Positions 19,894-29,059 of a stretch of 54,177 nt of DNA are shown here, one piece after another; the stretch's first letter is position 1; every line of letters starts with the position of its first letter. The stretch is from Deltaproteobacteria bacterium (GTDB lineage: Bacteria > Desulfobacterota > GWC2-55-46 > JADFVP01). The stretch is from positions 1 to 54,177 of the forward strand of contig JAJRZX010000041.1 in the NCBI GenBank assembly GCA_024275045.1, written 5' to 3'. The position numbers and the translations under genes were made by a program. The notes beneath the pieces were generated by a model, which did no database searches, had not been told where the DNA came from, and saw nothing but the letters and a program-made list of their open reading frames with translations.

Positions 19894-20631
19894 ATGCGTA
19901 ATATCAGACTTGATTTAGAGTACGAGGGCACACGTTACGTGGGGTGGCAGTATCAGCTTAACGGCCCCTCGGTGCAGGCCGAGGTAATGAGTGTCCTTAA
20001 AAAGATTACCGGCGAGGACGTAAAACTTACGGGGGCGTCTCGCACTGACAGCGGGGTGCATGCCGCGGGGCAGGTGGCCAACTTTTTTACAACCTCGAAG
20101 ATGCCTGCTCTTGAACTGCGGCGCGGCCTTAACGCGCTCCTGCCCGATGATATCGCCGTTCTTGACGCCGCTGACGTGCCTGCTGATTTTGACGCCAGAA
20201 GCGCCTCATCAAAGACATATGTTTACTCTGTGCTTGCAAGGGTAGCGCCTTCGCCCTTAATGAGGCGATTCTCGTGGCATGTTCCATGGCCCATTGATCT
20301 ATCCGCCATGAACGAGGGTGGGGCTTATATGTTGGGACGTAAAGATTTTTCCTCTTTCAGGGCCGCCCGCTCAGATGCCTATCATTCCGTAAGAGAGGTC
20401 TTGTCCGTAAGGATAACTTCAGGGGCCAATGAAGTTATCGCCATAGAGGTGCGGGGCAGGGCGTTCTTGCGTCATATGGTTAGGATAATGGCCGGGACCC
20501 TGGTGGACGTTGGGCTTGGCCGCATACCCCCCTCGGATGTAGAGGCGATAATCTCGGCAAAAGACCGCTCAGCTGCTCCTCGTACTGCCCCTGCCTGCGG
20601 TCTGCTACTTAAAAATATCCGCTACATATAG
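19894..20631 (+). CDS. truA: tRNA pseudouridine(38-40) synthase
   Basis: YEGTRYVGWQ, GASRTDSGVHA, FLRHMVRIMAG, TAPACGL. Confidence 0.97.
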   Translation: MRNIRLDLEYEGTRYVGWQYQLNGPSVQAEVMSVLKKITGEDVKLTGASRTDSGVHAAGQVANFFTTSKMPALELRRGLNALLPDDIAVLDAADVPADFDARSASSKTYVYSVLARVAPSPLMRRFSWHVPWPIDLSAMNEGGAYMLGRKDFSSFRAARSDAYHSVREVLSVRITSGANEVIAIEVRGRAFLRHMVRIMAGTLVDVGLGRIPPSDVEAIISAKDRSAAPRTAPACGLLLKNIRYI

Positions 20632-20738
20632 ATTTTTAACGGCCTTGAATCACCCCTTTTTGGTAGAATAGACTTGAGTTTACAGGTGTGCTGTTGCATA
20701 CTAAAGGGTCTAAGAGACTATTGATTTAAGGGGTAAAG

Positions 20739-21635
20739 ATGGAACTTACACTGGGGCCCATACTCTTTGAGTGGAAGAGGGGCGATGTGCTTCGCTTCTA
20801 CGAGGAGGCGGCACGGATGGACGTTAATACCGTCTATCTCGGAGAGGTGGTCTGCGATAAAAAGAGGGGTCTTTCCCTTGATGATATAAAGGAGACGGCG
20901 GCAATGCTTACAGAGGCCGGTAAGAAGGTGGTTTTATCAAGCCTTGCCGTTATCTCCAATGAGAGAGAGCTTGATATGGCCCGTGGGCTCCTGAGTCTGC
21001 CTTATGCCATTGAGGCCAATGATATGAGTGTATTTAATATGACCGCCGCTAATGAGAGAGAGCTTTACTGCGGCCCTCATATTACGAGTTATAATGTGCC
21101 AAGTATGGAGTTTCTGAGCTCCCTTGGTGTAAAGCGCGTGACCTTTCCCGTGGAGCTATCGGCTGAGTCCGTGAGCTACAATGTAAAGCACACCTCAATG
21201 GAGACCGAGGTCTTTGCCTGGGGCCGAGTACCGCTGGCCTTTTCCTGGAGGTGTTATACCTCAAGGTCCCATGGATTAAGTAAGACCGAGTGTCAGCATA
21301 ACTGTGTGGATTACCCCGATGGCCTTATGATACGCACCATGGATGGTAAACCCATCTTTACCATTAACGGTACCTCAATACTCAGCGCAGCCACGTTATC
21401 GCTTGCCGGCATGACAGAGGAGCTTGGCGCGATGGGTGTGAGCGCGCTTCGTATCTCACCTCAGTCTGAGGGTACGGCAGAGGTGGTAAAGGTTTTTCGG
21501 GAGAGGCTAAATGGTGAGTCTACGGCGACGGAGGCTGAGAAGAGGCTGGAAAAACTCTGCTCAGAGGGCTCGCTCTGCAGCGGCTGGTATCACGGAGGGG
21601 CGGGCATGGCCCCGTTAATACCGCAGAGCGGCTGA
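20739..21635 (+). CDS. ubiV: U32-family Fe-S protein UbiV (O2-independent ubiquinone hydroxylation)
   Basis: LTLGPILFEW...FY...VYLGEVVC(39) N-terminus and PLAFSWRC-x12-C-x3-C reproduce the UbiV cysteine pattern; adjacent to ubiB/E/T. Confidence 0.88.
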   Translation: MELTLGPILFEWKRGDVLRFYEEAARMDVNTVYLGEVVCDKKRGLSLDDIKETAAMLTEAGKKVVLSSLAVISNERELDMARGLLSLPYAIEANDMSVFNMTAANERELYCGPHITSYNVPSMEFLSSLGVKRVTFPVELSAESVSYNVKHTSMETEVFAWGRVPLAFSWRCYTSRSHGLSKTECQHNCVDYPDGLMIRTMDGKPIFTINGTSILSAATLSLAGMTEELGAMGVSALRISPQSEGTAEVVKVFRERLNGESTATEAEKRLEKLCSEGSLCSGWYHGGAGMAPLIPQSG

Positions 21636-21747
21636 TTTTTTACCTGTCCTGCTGAGGCGGGGTATGTGCAGGCTTTTGCCTATCCCGTGATTTTTTGTAG
21701 GCGCACGAGGCGGGGGAGGGGTTAATTATAAATGAGGAGGTTTTGTA

Positions 21748-22158
21748 ATGACAGATATGCTCGATAAGGTCCTGCTTGTTGGCATGGGCCTTGATAAGAA
21801 GATAAAAGAGGTTCTTGAGGACCTGCAAAAACGCGGCGAGAGTGAGGGGAGTGATAATGGGGAGAGCAAAGGCGGGGATAAGGGCGATGAGGGACTTACT
21901 CCGAGGCAGACCGTTGAGAATAAGATAGTTGATGAGGGCACTGCCGTAGTCAAGGAGCTGCTCTCTGTTGTGGATAGCGCCAAGACTCGCATTGAGGAGG
22001 AGCTCTCGGCCAATTCAGGCAAGATTCGCGGTAAGCTCAATGTTGCCGGGGTTGAGGAGATAGAGGTAGTGAAAGAGATGGCTCGTCTTGCAAGGGAAAA
22101 AGTAGATAGCCTGGAAAAGAGGGTTGAAAAACTTGAGTCTCTCTTAAAGAAGAAATAA
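21748..22158 (+). CDS. Coiled-coil accessory protein, UbiK/BMFP-like C-terminus with phasin-like N-terminus
   Basis: C-terminal EEIEVVKEMARLAREKVDSLEKRVEKLE resembles UbiK/BMFP; lies between ubiV and ubiB. Confidence 0.6.
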   Translation: MTDMLDKVLLVGMGLDKKIKEVLEDLQKRGESEGSDNGESKGGDKGDEGLTPRQTVENKIVDEGTAVVKELLSVVDSAKTRIEEELSANSGKIRGKLNVAGVEEIEVVKEMARLAREKVDSLEKRVEKLESLLKKK

Positions 22159-22180
22159 GAGCATGGAGCGCGTGTAAGGT

Positions 22181-23848
22181 ATGGCCACGCAGAGGATAAA
22201 AAATATAAGACGGCTTGTGAGTATAGTTTTTGTACTCGTGCGGTATGGTTTTGGCGGTATCGCGGGACGCATGAGGATAATTCCCTTTATTAACGTCTTT
22301 ACGAGGATATTTTTTACAGGTAAAGGCATGGATGCCCTCTCTGTGCCAAAGAGGATAAGGCTTGTTCTTGAGGACCTTGGCCCCACCTTTGTAAAGCTTG
22401 GTCAGATTGCCTCTACACGGGCCGATGTCTTTCCACCGGAGTGGATAGATGAGTTCAAGAACCTTCAGGATAAGGTGGCACCTGTGCCTTATTCCGCGGT
22501 AAAGGCCGCCGTGGAGAGTGCCCTTGGCGCGCCACTTGAGGATAAGTTCGCCTCTTTTACCGAGACCCCCGTGGCCTCGGCCTCCATTGCGCAGGTACAC
22601 CTTGCCACTCTCCGTGACGGAACCGAAGTGGCCGTTAAGGTAAAACGGCCCGGCATAGGTCCTGTGATTGATGCGGATATGTCTGTCATGCACACCCTTG
22701 CTCATCTTATGGAGAGGTATGTGCAGGGCGCGCGCATGTTCCGTCCCGTGGAGGTAGTGACGGAGTTTGAGAGGGTGATTACAAAGGAGCAGGACCTTTC
22801 CATAGAAGGGGCGAGCATGGAGCGCTTCTCCGCCATCTTCAAGGGCAACAGCGATGTGCAGATACCGCGTGTGTACTGGGATTACTCCAATGCAGACGTG
22901 CTTACAATGGAGAGGATTTACGGGACGCCCATTGACGAGGTGGAGATACTGAGGTCAAAGGGCGTGGATATAAAGAAGGTTGCCGTAAAGGGCGTGGAGC
23001 TCTTTTTCAAGCAGGTCTTTGAGCACGGGATTTTTCACGCGGATCTTCATCCCGGCAATATCTTTGTCCGTGACGACGGCGTTATTATTTATCTGGACTT
23101 TGGCATTGTGGGCCGCCTTGACAGGGGCCTTCGAAAGTACCTGGCAAGCATTCTTTATTATATAGTGCGTAAAGACTACCGCGGCATGGCGCAAGTGCAC
23201 AGGGACATGGGCCTTATAAGCGACAGGGTGAGCCTTGAGGAGTTTGAGGATACGCTGGCTGAGATAACAGAGCCCATATTCGGTAAAACCCTGGAGCGTA
23301 TCAATGTCTCGGGACTGCTTATGAAACTTATTGAGACGGCGCGTCGTTTTGATATGACCCTGCAGCCAAACCTGCTGCTGCTGCAAAAATCCATGGTTAT
23401 TATCGAGGGTGTGGGCAGACAGCTTTACCCTGATGTGAATATGTGGGACGTTGCACGCCCACTGGTATACCGCTGGATGATACGTGAAAAATTTTCACCC
23501 GGCAAGATCGCGGCAAAGGGCGGCCGTGTTGGTGAGGAGATATTAAAGTCAACCCTTGAGCTCCCGGTAAAGCTTAATGACCTGCTCTCAAAGACAGCAG
23601 AAGGCGGGCTTAATGTTGGCTTTACCCATCACGGTCTTGAAGACCTTGTAGGGGGCGTAGAGGGCGCGGGCAGACTCATAGCCGGAGGCATTGTCGTAGC
23701 CTCTCTTGTTATGGCGGGGGCCCTGCTTGCGGCTTTTTCCGGCCCCGGCGCGATACGTATCCTTGGGCTGCCACTTGGCAGCGGAGTGCTTTTTGTTGTC
23801 GCCATAGCAGCGGCCTTCAGGTTTTTTAGAAGGTCCTCCTGCGGGTAG
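22181..23848 (+). CDS. ubiB: UbiB/ABC1 atypical kinase
   Basis: LGPTFVKLGQ, VASASIAQVH, VAVKVKRP, FHADLHPGN, LDFGIVG, QPNLLLLQK..IEGVGRQLYP. Confidence 0.92.
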   Translation: MATQRIKNIRRLVSIVFVLVRYGFGGIAGRMRIIPFINVFTRIFFTGKGMDALSVPKRIRLVLEDLGPTFVKLGQIASTRADVFPPEWIDEFKNLQDKVAPVPYSAVKAAVESALGAPLEDKFASFTETPVASASIAQVHLATLRDGTEVAVKVKRPGIGPVIDADMSVMHTLAHLMERYVQGARMFRPVEVVTEFERVITKEQDLSIEGASMERFSAIFKGNSDVQIPRVYWDYSNADVLTMERIYGTPIDEVEILRSKGVDIKKVAVKGVELFFKQVFEHGIFHADLHPGNIFVRDDGVIIYLDFGIVGRLDRGLRKYLASILYYIVRKDYRGMAQVHRDMGLISDRVSLEEFEDTLAEITEPIFGKTLERINVSGLLMKLIETARRFDMTLQPNLLLLQKSMVIIEGVGRQLYPDVNMWDVARPLVYRWMIREKFSPGKIAAKGGRVGEEILKSTLELPVKLNDLLSKTAEGGLNVGFTHHGLEDLVGGVEGAGRLIAGGIVVASLVMAGALLAAFSGPGAIRILGLPLGSGVLFVVAIAAAFRFFRRSSCG

Positions 23849-23860
23849 CAATAGCGGCTG

Positions 23861-23869
23861 TGCTATAAT
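23861..23869 (+). promoter_or_regulatory. Extended -10 element before ubiE
   Basis: TGCTATAAT 22 nt upstream of the ubiE ATG. Confidence 0.45.
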
Positions 23870-23891
23870 AAAAAAAGGGCCTTATAAAAAT

Positions 23892-24650
23892 ATGGAAGAT
23901 AAGAGAGTGGAAAAGACAACTCATTTCGGTACTCGTATAGTGCCTGAAGCAGAGAAAGAAGGGCTTGTACGCGAGGTCTTTGATACTGTGGCAGGTAAAT
24001 ACGACCTTATGAACGACCTCATGAGCATGGGTACTCACAGGCTCTGGAAGAGGGGCCTTGCCGCTGAGACACTTCTTCGCCCCGGCCAGAGCGCACTTGA
24101 TGTTGCCGGCGGCACCGGTGATATTGCCCTGCTAATGGCCGGTCAGGTAGGGGCCTCGGGGCACGTGGTAGTCTATGATATTAACGGAGAGATGCTTAAA
24201 GAGGGCAAAAAAAAGTGCATTGACAGAGGTTTTTTAAAGGGGCTGGATTTTGTCCAGGGCAACGGCGAGTCCATCTCTTTTCCTGATAATACCTTTCACG
24301 CCGTTACCGTGGGGTTTGGCATACGCAATGTAACTCACCTTGAGAGGGCCTTTGCCGAGATGACCCGTGTGGTAAAACCCGGCGGAAGGGTCATATGCCT
24401 TGAGTTCTCGCATGTGAAAAACCCGCTCTTGAAAAAGCTCTATGATGTTTATTCCTTCTCATTTATCCCGGCTGTGGGTGAGTCCATTACAGGTAACCGC
24501 GATGCGTATGTTTATCTCCCTGAATCAATAAGGCAGTTTCCAACTCAAGAGCGTCTGCGTGAGATAATGCTCTCCGCAGGGCTCTGGAAGGTACGGTACA
24601 AGAATATATTCGGCGGTATAGCCGCCCTGCATATAGGCATAAAAGTATGA
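23892..24650 (+). CDS. ubiE: Ubiquinone/menaquinone C-methyltransferase
   Basis: TTHFG, VFDTVAGKYDLMNDLMSMG.HRLWK, LDVAGGTGD, FGIRNVT, YLPESIRQFP. Confidence 0.95.
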   Translation: MEDKRVEKTTHFGTRIVPEAEKEGLVREVFDTVAGKYDLMNDLMSMGTHRLWKRGLAAETLLRPGQSALDVAGGTGDIALLMAGQVGASGHVVVYDINGEMLKEGKKKCIDRGFLKGLDFVQGNGESISFPDNTFHAVTVGFGIRNVTHLERAFAEMTRVVKPGGRVICLEFSHVKNPLLKKLYDVYSFSFIPAVGESITGNRDAYVYLPESIRQFPTQERLREIMLSAGLWKVRYKNIFGGIAALHIGIKV

Positions 24651-24663
24651 AGAGGTTTTTTTC

Positions 24664-25101
24664 ATGGATGAAGCCGTAAATAATAAGAAGGCCGTGGAAG
24701 AGAGGCTTAAAAAGACCTGCAAAAAGGCGACGAGGCTTTTATTAAAGGCCACGCCCCTTGTCTTTGAGGGCCTTGCCGTTGGTGCGGTATTATCGGCTAT
24801 GATAACGCGTAACCCCGAGCTTGGCGCCCGTCTTGGCGAACTTGACGGCAAGGTCTTTTTTTTCGAGGCCACGGATATCGGCAGAGGGTTTTTTCTCCAT
24901 ATAACTGATGGGCAGATAAAGGTGGTGCTTCATATGAGCGGCGCGCCTGATGTTACCATGAGAGGGGATGTTACGGTGCTCATGGATGTGCTTGCGGGGC
25001 GCGTAGACCCTGATACTGTTTTTTTCTCACGGAAACTGGAGATAGAGGGAGATACGGCTACGGCCATACACTTTAAGAATATACTGGCAAGTTTTTATTG
25101 A
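24664..25101 (+). CDS. ubiT: SCP2-domain ubiquinone accessory factor, UbiT-like
   Basis: C-terminal VDPDTVFFSRKLEIEGDT...FKN matches the UbiT DPDTLFFxRRLxIEGDT motif; no UbiJ-type C-terminal coiled coil. Confidence 0.82.
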   Translation: MDEAVNNKKAVEERLKKTCKKATRLLLKATPLVFEGLAVGAVLSAMITRNPELGARLGELDGKVFFFEATDIGRGFFLHITDGQIKVVLHMSGAPDVTMRGDVTVLMDVLAGRVDPDTVFFSRKLEIEGDTATAIHFKNILASFY

Positions 25102-25332
25102 GAGGGGGGCTTTGTGCCTGTGCTTCTCACCCAGCCACTCATCTGTGCTTAATTGTTTTTTTACGGCATTTATCTTGTTCTTTTCTCTTTGGACCTCTCC
25201 CTGATGGTTTTATATGTTGGCAATAAAAGCGTGAAGTCCGCTCTCTTTGGCGGCGCCTGTATAGGCGGCTTTGCACCAAATAAATTCTTGACCTTAAGAA
25301 GGAAAAGACATTAAATAACAAGAGGTGAGCTC

Positions 25333-26049
25333 TTGAAGGCCCGGGTAATAAAAAGGCTTCGCAGCGCCTCTTCTCCGCTATTTATGACAGGGGCGGGGAT
25401 AAGCGCCGAGAGCGGTCTGCCCACTTTTAGAGGTAAGGACGGGCTATGGAGAGGGGCAAGCCCTGAGGAGTTGGCAACACCGCAGGCCTTTGGCCGAGAC
25501 CCTCTGCGTGTCTGGCAGTGGTATGACTGGAGACGGGGGCTTATATCAAGAGTATCTCCAACGGCGGCCCATATGGCCATGGCCGGGTTTCGAACACGGG
25601 CGGGCCGTGAGGTCCCCGTAATCACGCAGAACGTAGACGGCCTGCATCAGAGCGCGGGGAGTTCACATGTTTTAGAGCTGCACGGCTCCATATGGAGACT
25701 TCGGTGTGTACGCTGCGGAGTTGAGGTGCAGGACAGGGTTACGGGGTTAAGTGAGGTGCCGCTCTGTGAGTGCGGAGGTTTGCTGAGGCCCGCTGTGGTC
25801 TGGTTTGGCGAGTTGCTTCCGGAGGACGTTTTTTCAGAGGCTCTGGAACTTGCGAGAGGGTCTGATTTTGTAATGGTAGTTGGCACATCAGGGGTGGTTC
25901 AGCCGGCTGCCTCGCTTGTGAATATCGCAAGGGAGGGCAACGCCTTTATCGTAGAGGTAAACCCCGAGGAGACGTGTCTTGGCAGATTAGCGGATATATC
26001 TTTTCATGAGGCGGCAGGGGATATTGTTGCCGAACTTTTACAGGTGTAG
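25333..26049 (+). CDS. cobB: NAD-dependent protein deacylase (sirtuin)
   Basis: TGAGISAESGLPTFRG, ITQNVDGLH, ELHGS, CxxC..CxC zinc site, RPAVVWFGE, VGTSG.VQPAA. Confidence 0.95.
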   Translation: MKARVIKRLRSASSPLFMTGAGISAESGLPTFRGKDGLWRGASPEELATPQAFGRDPLRVWQWYDWRRGLISRVSPTAAHMAMAGFRTRAGREVPVITQNVDGLHQSAGSSHVLELHGSIWRLRCVRCGVEVQDRVTGLSEVPLCECGGLLRPAVVWFGELLPEDVFSEALELARGSDFVMVVGTSGVVQPAASLVNIAREGNAFIVEVNPEETCLGRLADISFHEAAGDIVAELLQV

Positions 26050-26097
26050 CGGGGATTAATAATTACTAACTTTGCATAGTACAGAGAGGAGGGAGCT

Positions 26098-26523
26098 GTG
26101 AAGGTTTTTTCAGAGTCCATCAGAATTACTACAAGCCGTCTGCGTGAGGACATTAATATTACAGAGCGTGTTGCTGATATTGTTAAGGAGAGCGGCATTC
26201 GCGACGGCATGGCCCTTATCTCAGTACCTCATACTACTGTGAGTATTTATATAAATTACGGAGACAAAGGTCTTGAAGAGGACCTTAATAATATTCTTGA
26301 TGAGATGGCCCCGGGTGACAGGTCTTATAAACACGGCACCGGTGGTTACGGCAGTAACGCGCCTGCGCATATCAAGTCTCTGCTCCTTGGCCGCGGAATA
26401 ACTCTCCCGGTTACAAGAGGCGTCTGCGCCCTTGGTCAGTGGCAGACCATATATTTTTCAGAGTTCGGCGGTCCAAGGCCGAGGCTCATATCCGTAAAAG
26501 TCATGGGCCTTACAGGCTCGTAG
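26098..26523 (+). CDS. YjbQ/UPF0047 family protein
   Basis: VPHTT, NAPAHIKSLLLG, LGQWQTIYFSEFGGPRPR. Confidence 0.9.
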   Translation: MKVFSESIRITTSRLREDINITERVADIVKESGIRDGMALISVPHTTVSIYINYGDKGLEEDLNNILDEMAPGDRSYKHGTGGYGSNAPAHIKSLLLGRGITLPVTRGVCALGQWQTIYFSEFGGPRPRLISVKVMGLTGS

Positions 26524-26533
26524 GTTTTGTTTC

Positions 26534-26628
26534 GTAGGAGACAAGTGGTATGTGTAATGCACTGACACTCGTCCCCATATGGGTTTTCTTTATCTTACTT
26601 TCTTTTTTCCAAAAGAAAGTAAGGGGGT
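26534..26628 (+). repeat. Dispersed hairpin repeat, copy 3
   Basis: GTAGGAGACAAGTG...CACTCGTCCCCATATGGGTTTTCTTTATCTTACTTTCTTTT-TTCC-AAAAGAAAGTAAGGGGGT. Confidence 0.75.
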
Positions 26629-26635
26629 TTTGTTT

Positions 26636-27214
26636 ATGAGGGTTGTAGCCGGGTCTTTAAGGGGCCGTCCTTTAAAGGGTTTTAAGGGAAGCCTCATAAG
26701 GCCCACCTCTGACAGGGTAAAGGAGGCGATATTCAACGTCCTATCGTCTCGCGGTTTTTTTTCCTCTTCGCCTCATGTCTTGGATCTTTACGCGGGAACC
26801 GGCGCCCTTGGCATAGAGGCACTCAGCCGCGCCGCGGCTGAGGTTGTTTTTGTAGACTCAAGCCATATGGCGGTAAGGCTTATAAGGAAAAACACTGATA
26901 AGCTCGGGGTTCTTGATAAGGCTGTAATTATACATGACGAATCGGTACGCGCCATAAAGGGTCTTGTAAGAAGAGGCGCACTCTTTGATATTATATTCAT
27001 GGACCCGCCCTATGATTCGGCATTGATCGAATCTACACTTGGTGCGGCTGCCCCGGTTCTTGCTCCAGGTGGCCTGATTGTGGCCGAGGCACCAAAGGGC
27101 CTTGTTGTTGAGGCAGGCAGGAGCGGTTTTACGGAGTTGGACAGGAGGGTATACGGAGATACCTCTGTATTTTATTTTGAGAAGGATGAAGGCAGGGATG
27201 AGGGAGATGCGTGA
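26636..27214 (+). CDS. rsmD: 16S rRNA m2G966 methyltransferase
   Basis: MRVVAG..RGR, RPTSDRVKEAIFN, LDLYAGTGALGIEALSR, MDPPY; upstream of coaD; start placed at ATG 26636. Confidence 0.94.
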   Translation: MRVVAGSLRGRPLKGFKGSLIRPTSDRVKEAIFNVLSSRGFFSSSPHVLDLYAGTGALGIEALSRAAAEVVFVDSSHMAVRLIRKNTDKLGVLDKAVIIHDESVRAIKGLVRRGALFDIIFMDPPYDSALIESTLGAAAPVLAPGGLIVAEAPKGLVVEAGRSGFTELDRRVYGDTSVFYFEKDEGRDEGDA

Positions 27215-27696
27215 GAGGTAAGATAGCCATATATCCGGGGACCTTTGACCCTGTGACGCTGGGTCATATTGATCTGATAAAGAGGGGGCTGAGGCTCTTT
27301 GATGGTCTTATCGTGGCCGTAGCCGGCAACTCCACAAAGGATACTCTTTTTAATGCAGAGGAGCGCCTTGCCATGCTTCGGGCTGAGACAGAGGGATTAA
27401 GCGGCGTAGAGGTTGAGTCCTTTAACAGCCTGCTTGTGGATTACGCGCAAGAGCGCGGGGTGGGTACGATTATCCGCGGTTTAAGGGTAATCTCTGACTT
27501 TGAGTACGAGTTTCAGATGGCCCTTACCAACAGAAAGCTTGCCGCAAAGGTAGAGACGGTATTTATGATGACATCAGAGAATTACGCTTCAATAAGTTCG
27601 AGGTTTATAAAAGACATAGCCAGGCTCGGCGGAGATGTCTCCCACTTTGTCACCCCTGCGGTGGCGGCGAGGTTAAAGGAAAAATACAGCCTATGA
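27211..27696 (+). CDS. coaD: Phosphopantetheine adenylyltransferase
   Basis: YPGTFDPVTLGH, RGLRVISDFEYEFQMA, ISSR. Confidence 0.97.
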   Translation: MRGKIAIYPGTFDPVTLGHIDLIKRGLRLFDGLIVAVAGNSTKDTLFNAEERLAMLRAETEGLSGVEVESFNSLLVDYAQERGVGTIIRGLRVISDFEYEFQMALTNRKLAAKVETVFMMTSENYASISSRFIKDIARLGGDVSHFVTPAVAARLKEKYSL

Positions 27697-28892
27697 AGAT
27701 AAAGATATCAGATAGAATAGCAGGTCTCAGCGAGTCCGTTACCCTTGCCATTACCGCGAGGGCAAAGGCCATGAAGGCAGCAGGCAAGGACGTAATCGGT
27801 TTTGGCGCAGGAGAGCCTGATTTTGATACCCCCGCCAATATCAGCGCCGCCGCGGTAAGGGCCATAAACGAGGGGCGTACAAGATACACCCCTGTTGGCG
27901 GCATACCTGAGCTGAAGTGCGCTATCATAAATAAATTCAGCCTTGATAACGCCTTGAACTACAGCCCCGATGAGGTGGTGGTATCCTGCGGGGCCAAGCA
28001 CTCTCTGTATAATTTATTCCAGAGTATTCTCAACCCCGGAGATGAGGTGGTCATACCCTCGCCATACTGGGTTAGCTACCCGGCTGTCGTCTCTCTTACC
28101 GGGGCAAAGCCTGTAATACTACGCACCTCGGCAGAGAGGGGTTTTAAGGTAAACCCTGATGAGCTTCGCTCTGTTGTTACGGATAAGACAAGGGCCTTTA
28201 TCATCAACAGCCCCTCAAACCCCACGGGCTGCCTTTATACAGAGGCAGAACTCCGCGGCCTTGCGGAGGTGGCGTGTGAGAAGGATATACTCATAGTCTC
28301 AGATGAGATATACGAGAAACTCTGCTACGGGGGCAGTGCCGCTCCTTCCATTGCCTCAGTATCGGCAGAGGTAAAGGCACGCACCGTGGTTGTGAACGGC
28401 GTATCAAAGGCCTATGCCATGACGGGCTGGCGCATAGGTTATGCCGCAGGGCCGGTGGAGATAATAAAGGCCATGTCAAAACTTCAGTCCCAGTCCACCT
28501 CCAACCCCGCCTCCATCAGCCAGTGGGCTGCGGTAGAGGCCATAAGCGGGGGCCAGGATACGGTTGATGTCATGGTGGCTGAGTTTACAAAGAGAAGGGA
28601 CGTTATTGTAGAGGGGCTTCGGGCCATACCCGGCATTACCTGCAACTCCCCTGAAGGGGCTTTTTATGTATTCGCGGATTTTTCAGGTCTTTACGGCAGA
28701 AGCTCGGGAGACGGGCCCATAAACAACTCCCTTGATATGGCGGGATACCTCCTGGAAGACGCGGGCCTTGCCCTTGTGCCGGGCTCTGCTTTTGGCGAAG
28801 ACAAGTTCCTGAGGCTCTCCTTCGCTACCTCCATGGATAATATCACAGGGGGCCTGAAGAGGCTTGGCGCGGCTCTTGGCAAGCTAAGCTGA
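27693..28892 (+). CDS. PLP-dependent aspartate aminotransferase (class I/II)
   Basis: GAGEPDF, NSPSNPTG, SDEIYE, NGVSKAYAMTGWRIGY. Confidence 0.93.
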   Translation: MKIKISDRIAGLSESVTLAITARAKAMKAAGKDVIGFGAGEPDFDTPANISAAAVRAINEGRTRYTPVGGIPELKCAIINKFSLDNALNYSPDEVVVSCGAKHSLYNLFQSILNPGDEVVIPSPYWVSYPAVVSLTGAKPVILRTSAERGFKVNPDELRSVVTDKTRAFIINSPSNPTGCLYTEAELRGLAEVACEKDILIVSDEIYEKLCYGGSAAPSIASVSAEVKARTVVVNGVSKAYAMTGWRIGYAAGPVEIIKAMSKLQSQSTSNPASISQWAAVEAISGGQDTVDVMVAEFTKRRDVIVEGLRAIPGITCNSPEGAFYVFADFSGLYGRSSGDGPINNSLDMAGYLLEDAGLALVPGSAFGEDKFLRLSFATSMDNITGGLKRLGAALGKLS

Positions 28893-29059
28893 GAAAGGGG
28901 CGCACGGCCTATGGGTTTTAGGAGTGCGGCAGGGGTTTGTCCTTGAAGTTGGGGTCATGGACCTGATGTAATAAGACCCTGTGAGCGGGGCTCTTGTTTT
29001 ACGATTTTTTTGTGCGCCCTTATAATATCTTTCTCTATACGTTACTTGTCGTTCTACCG

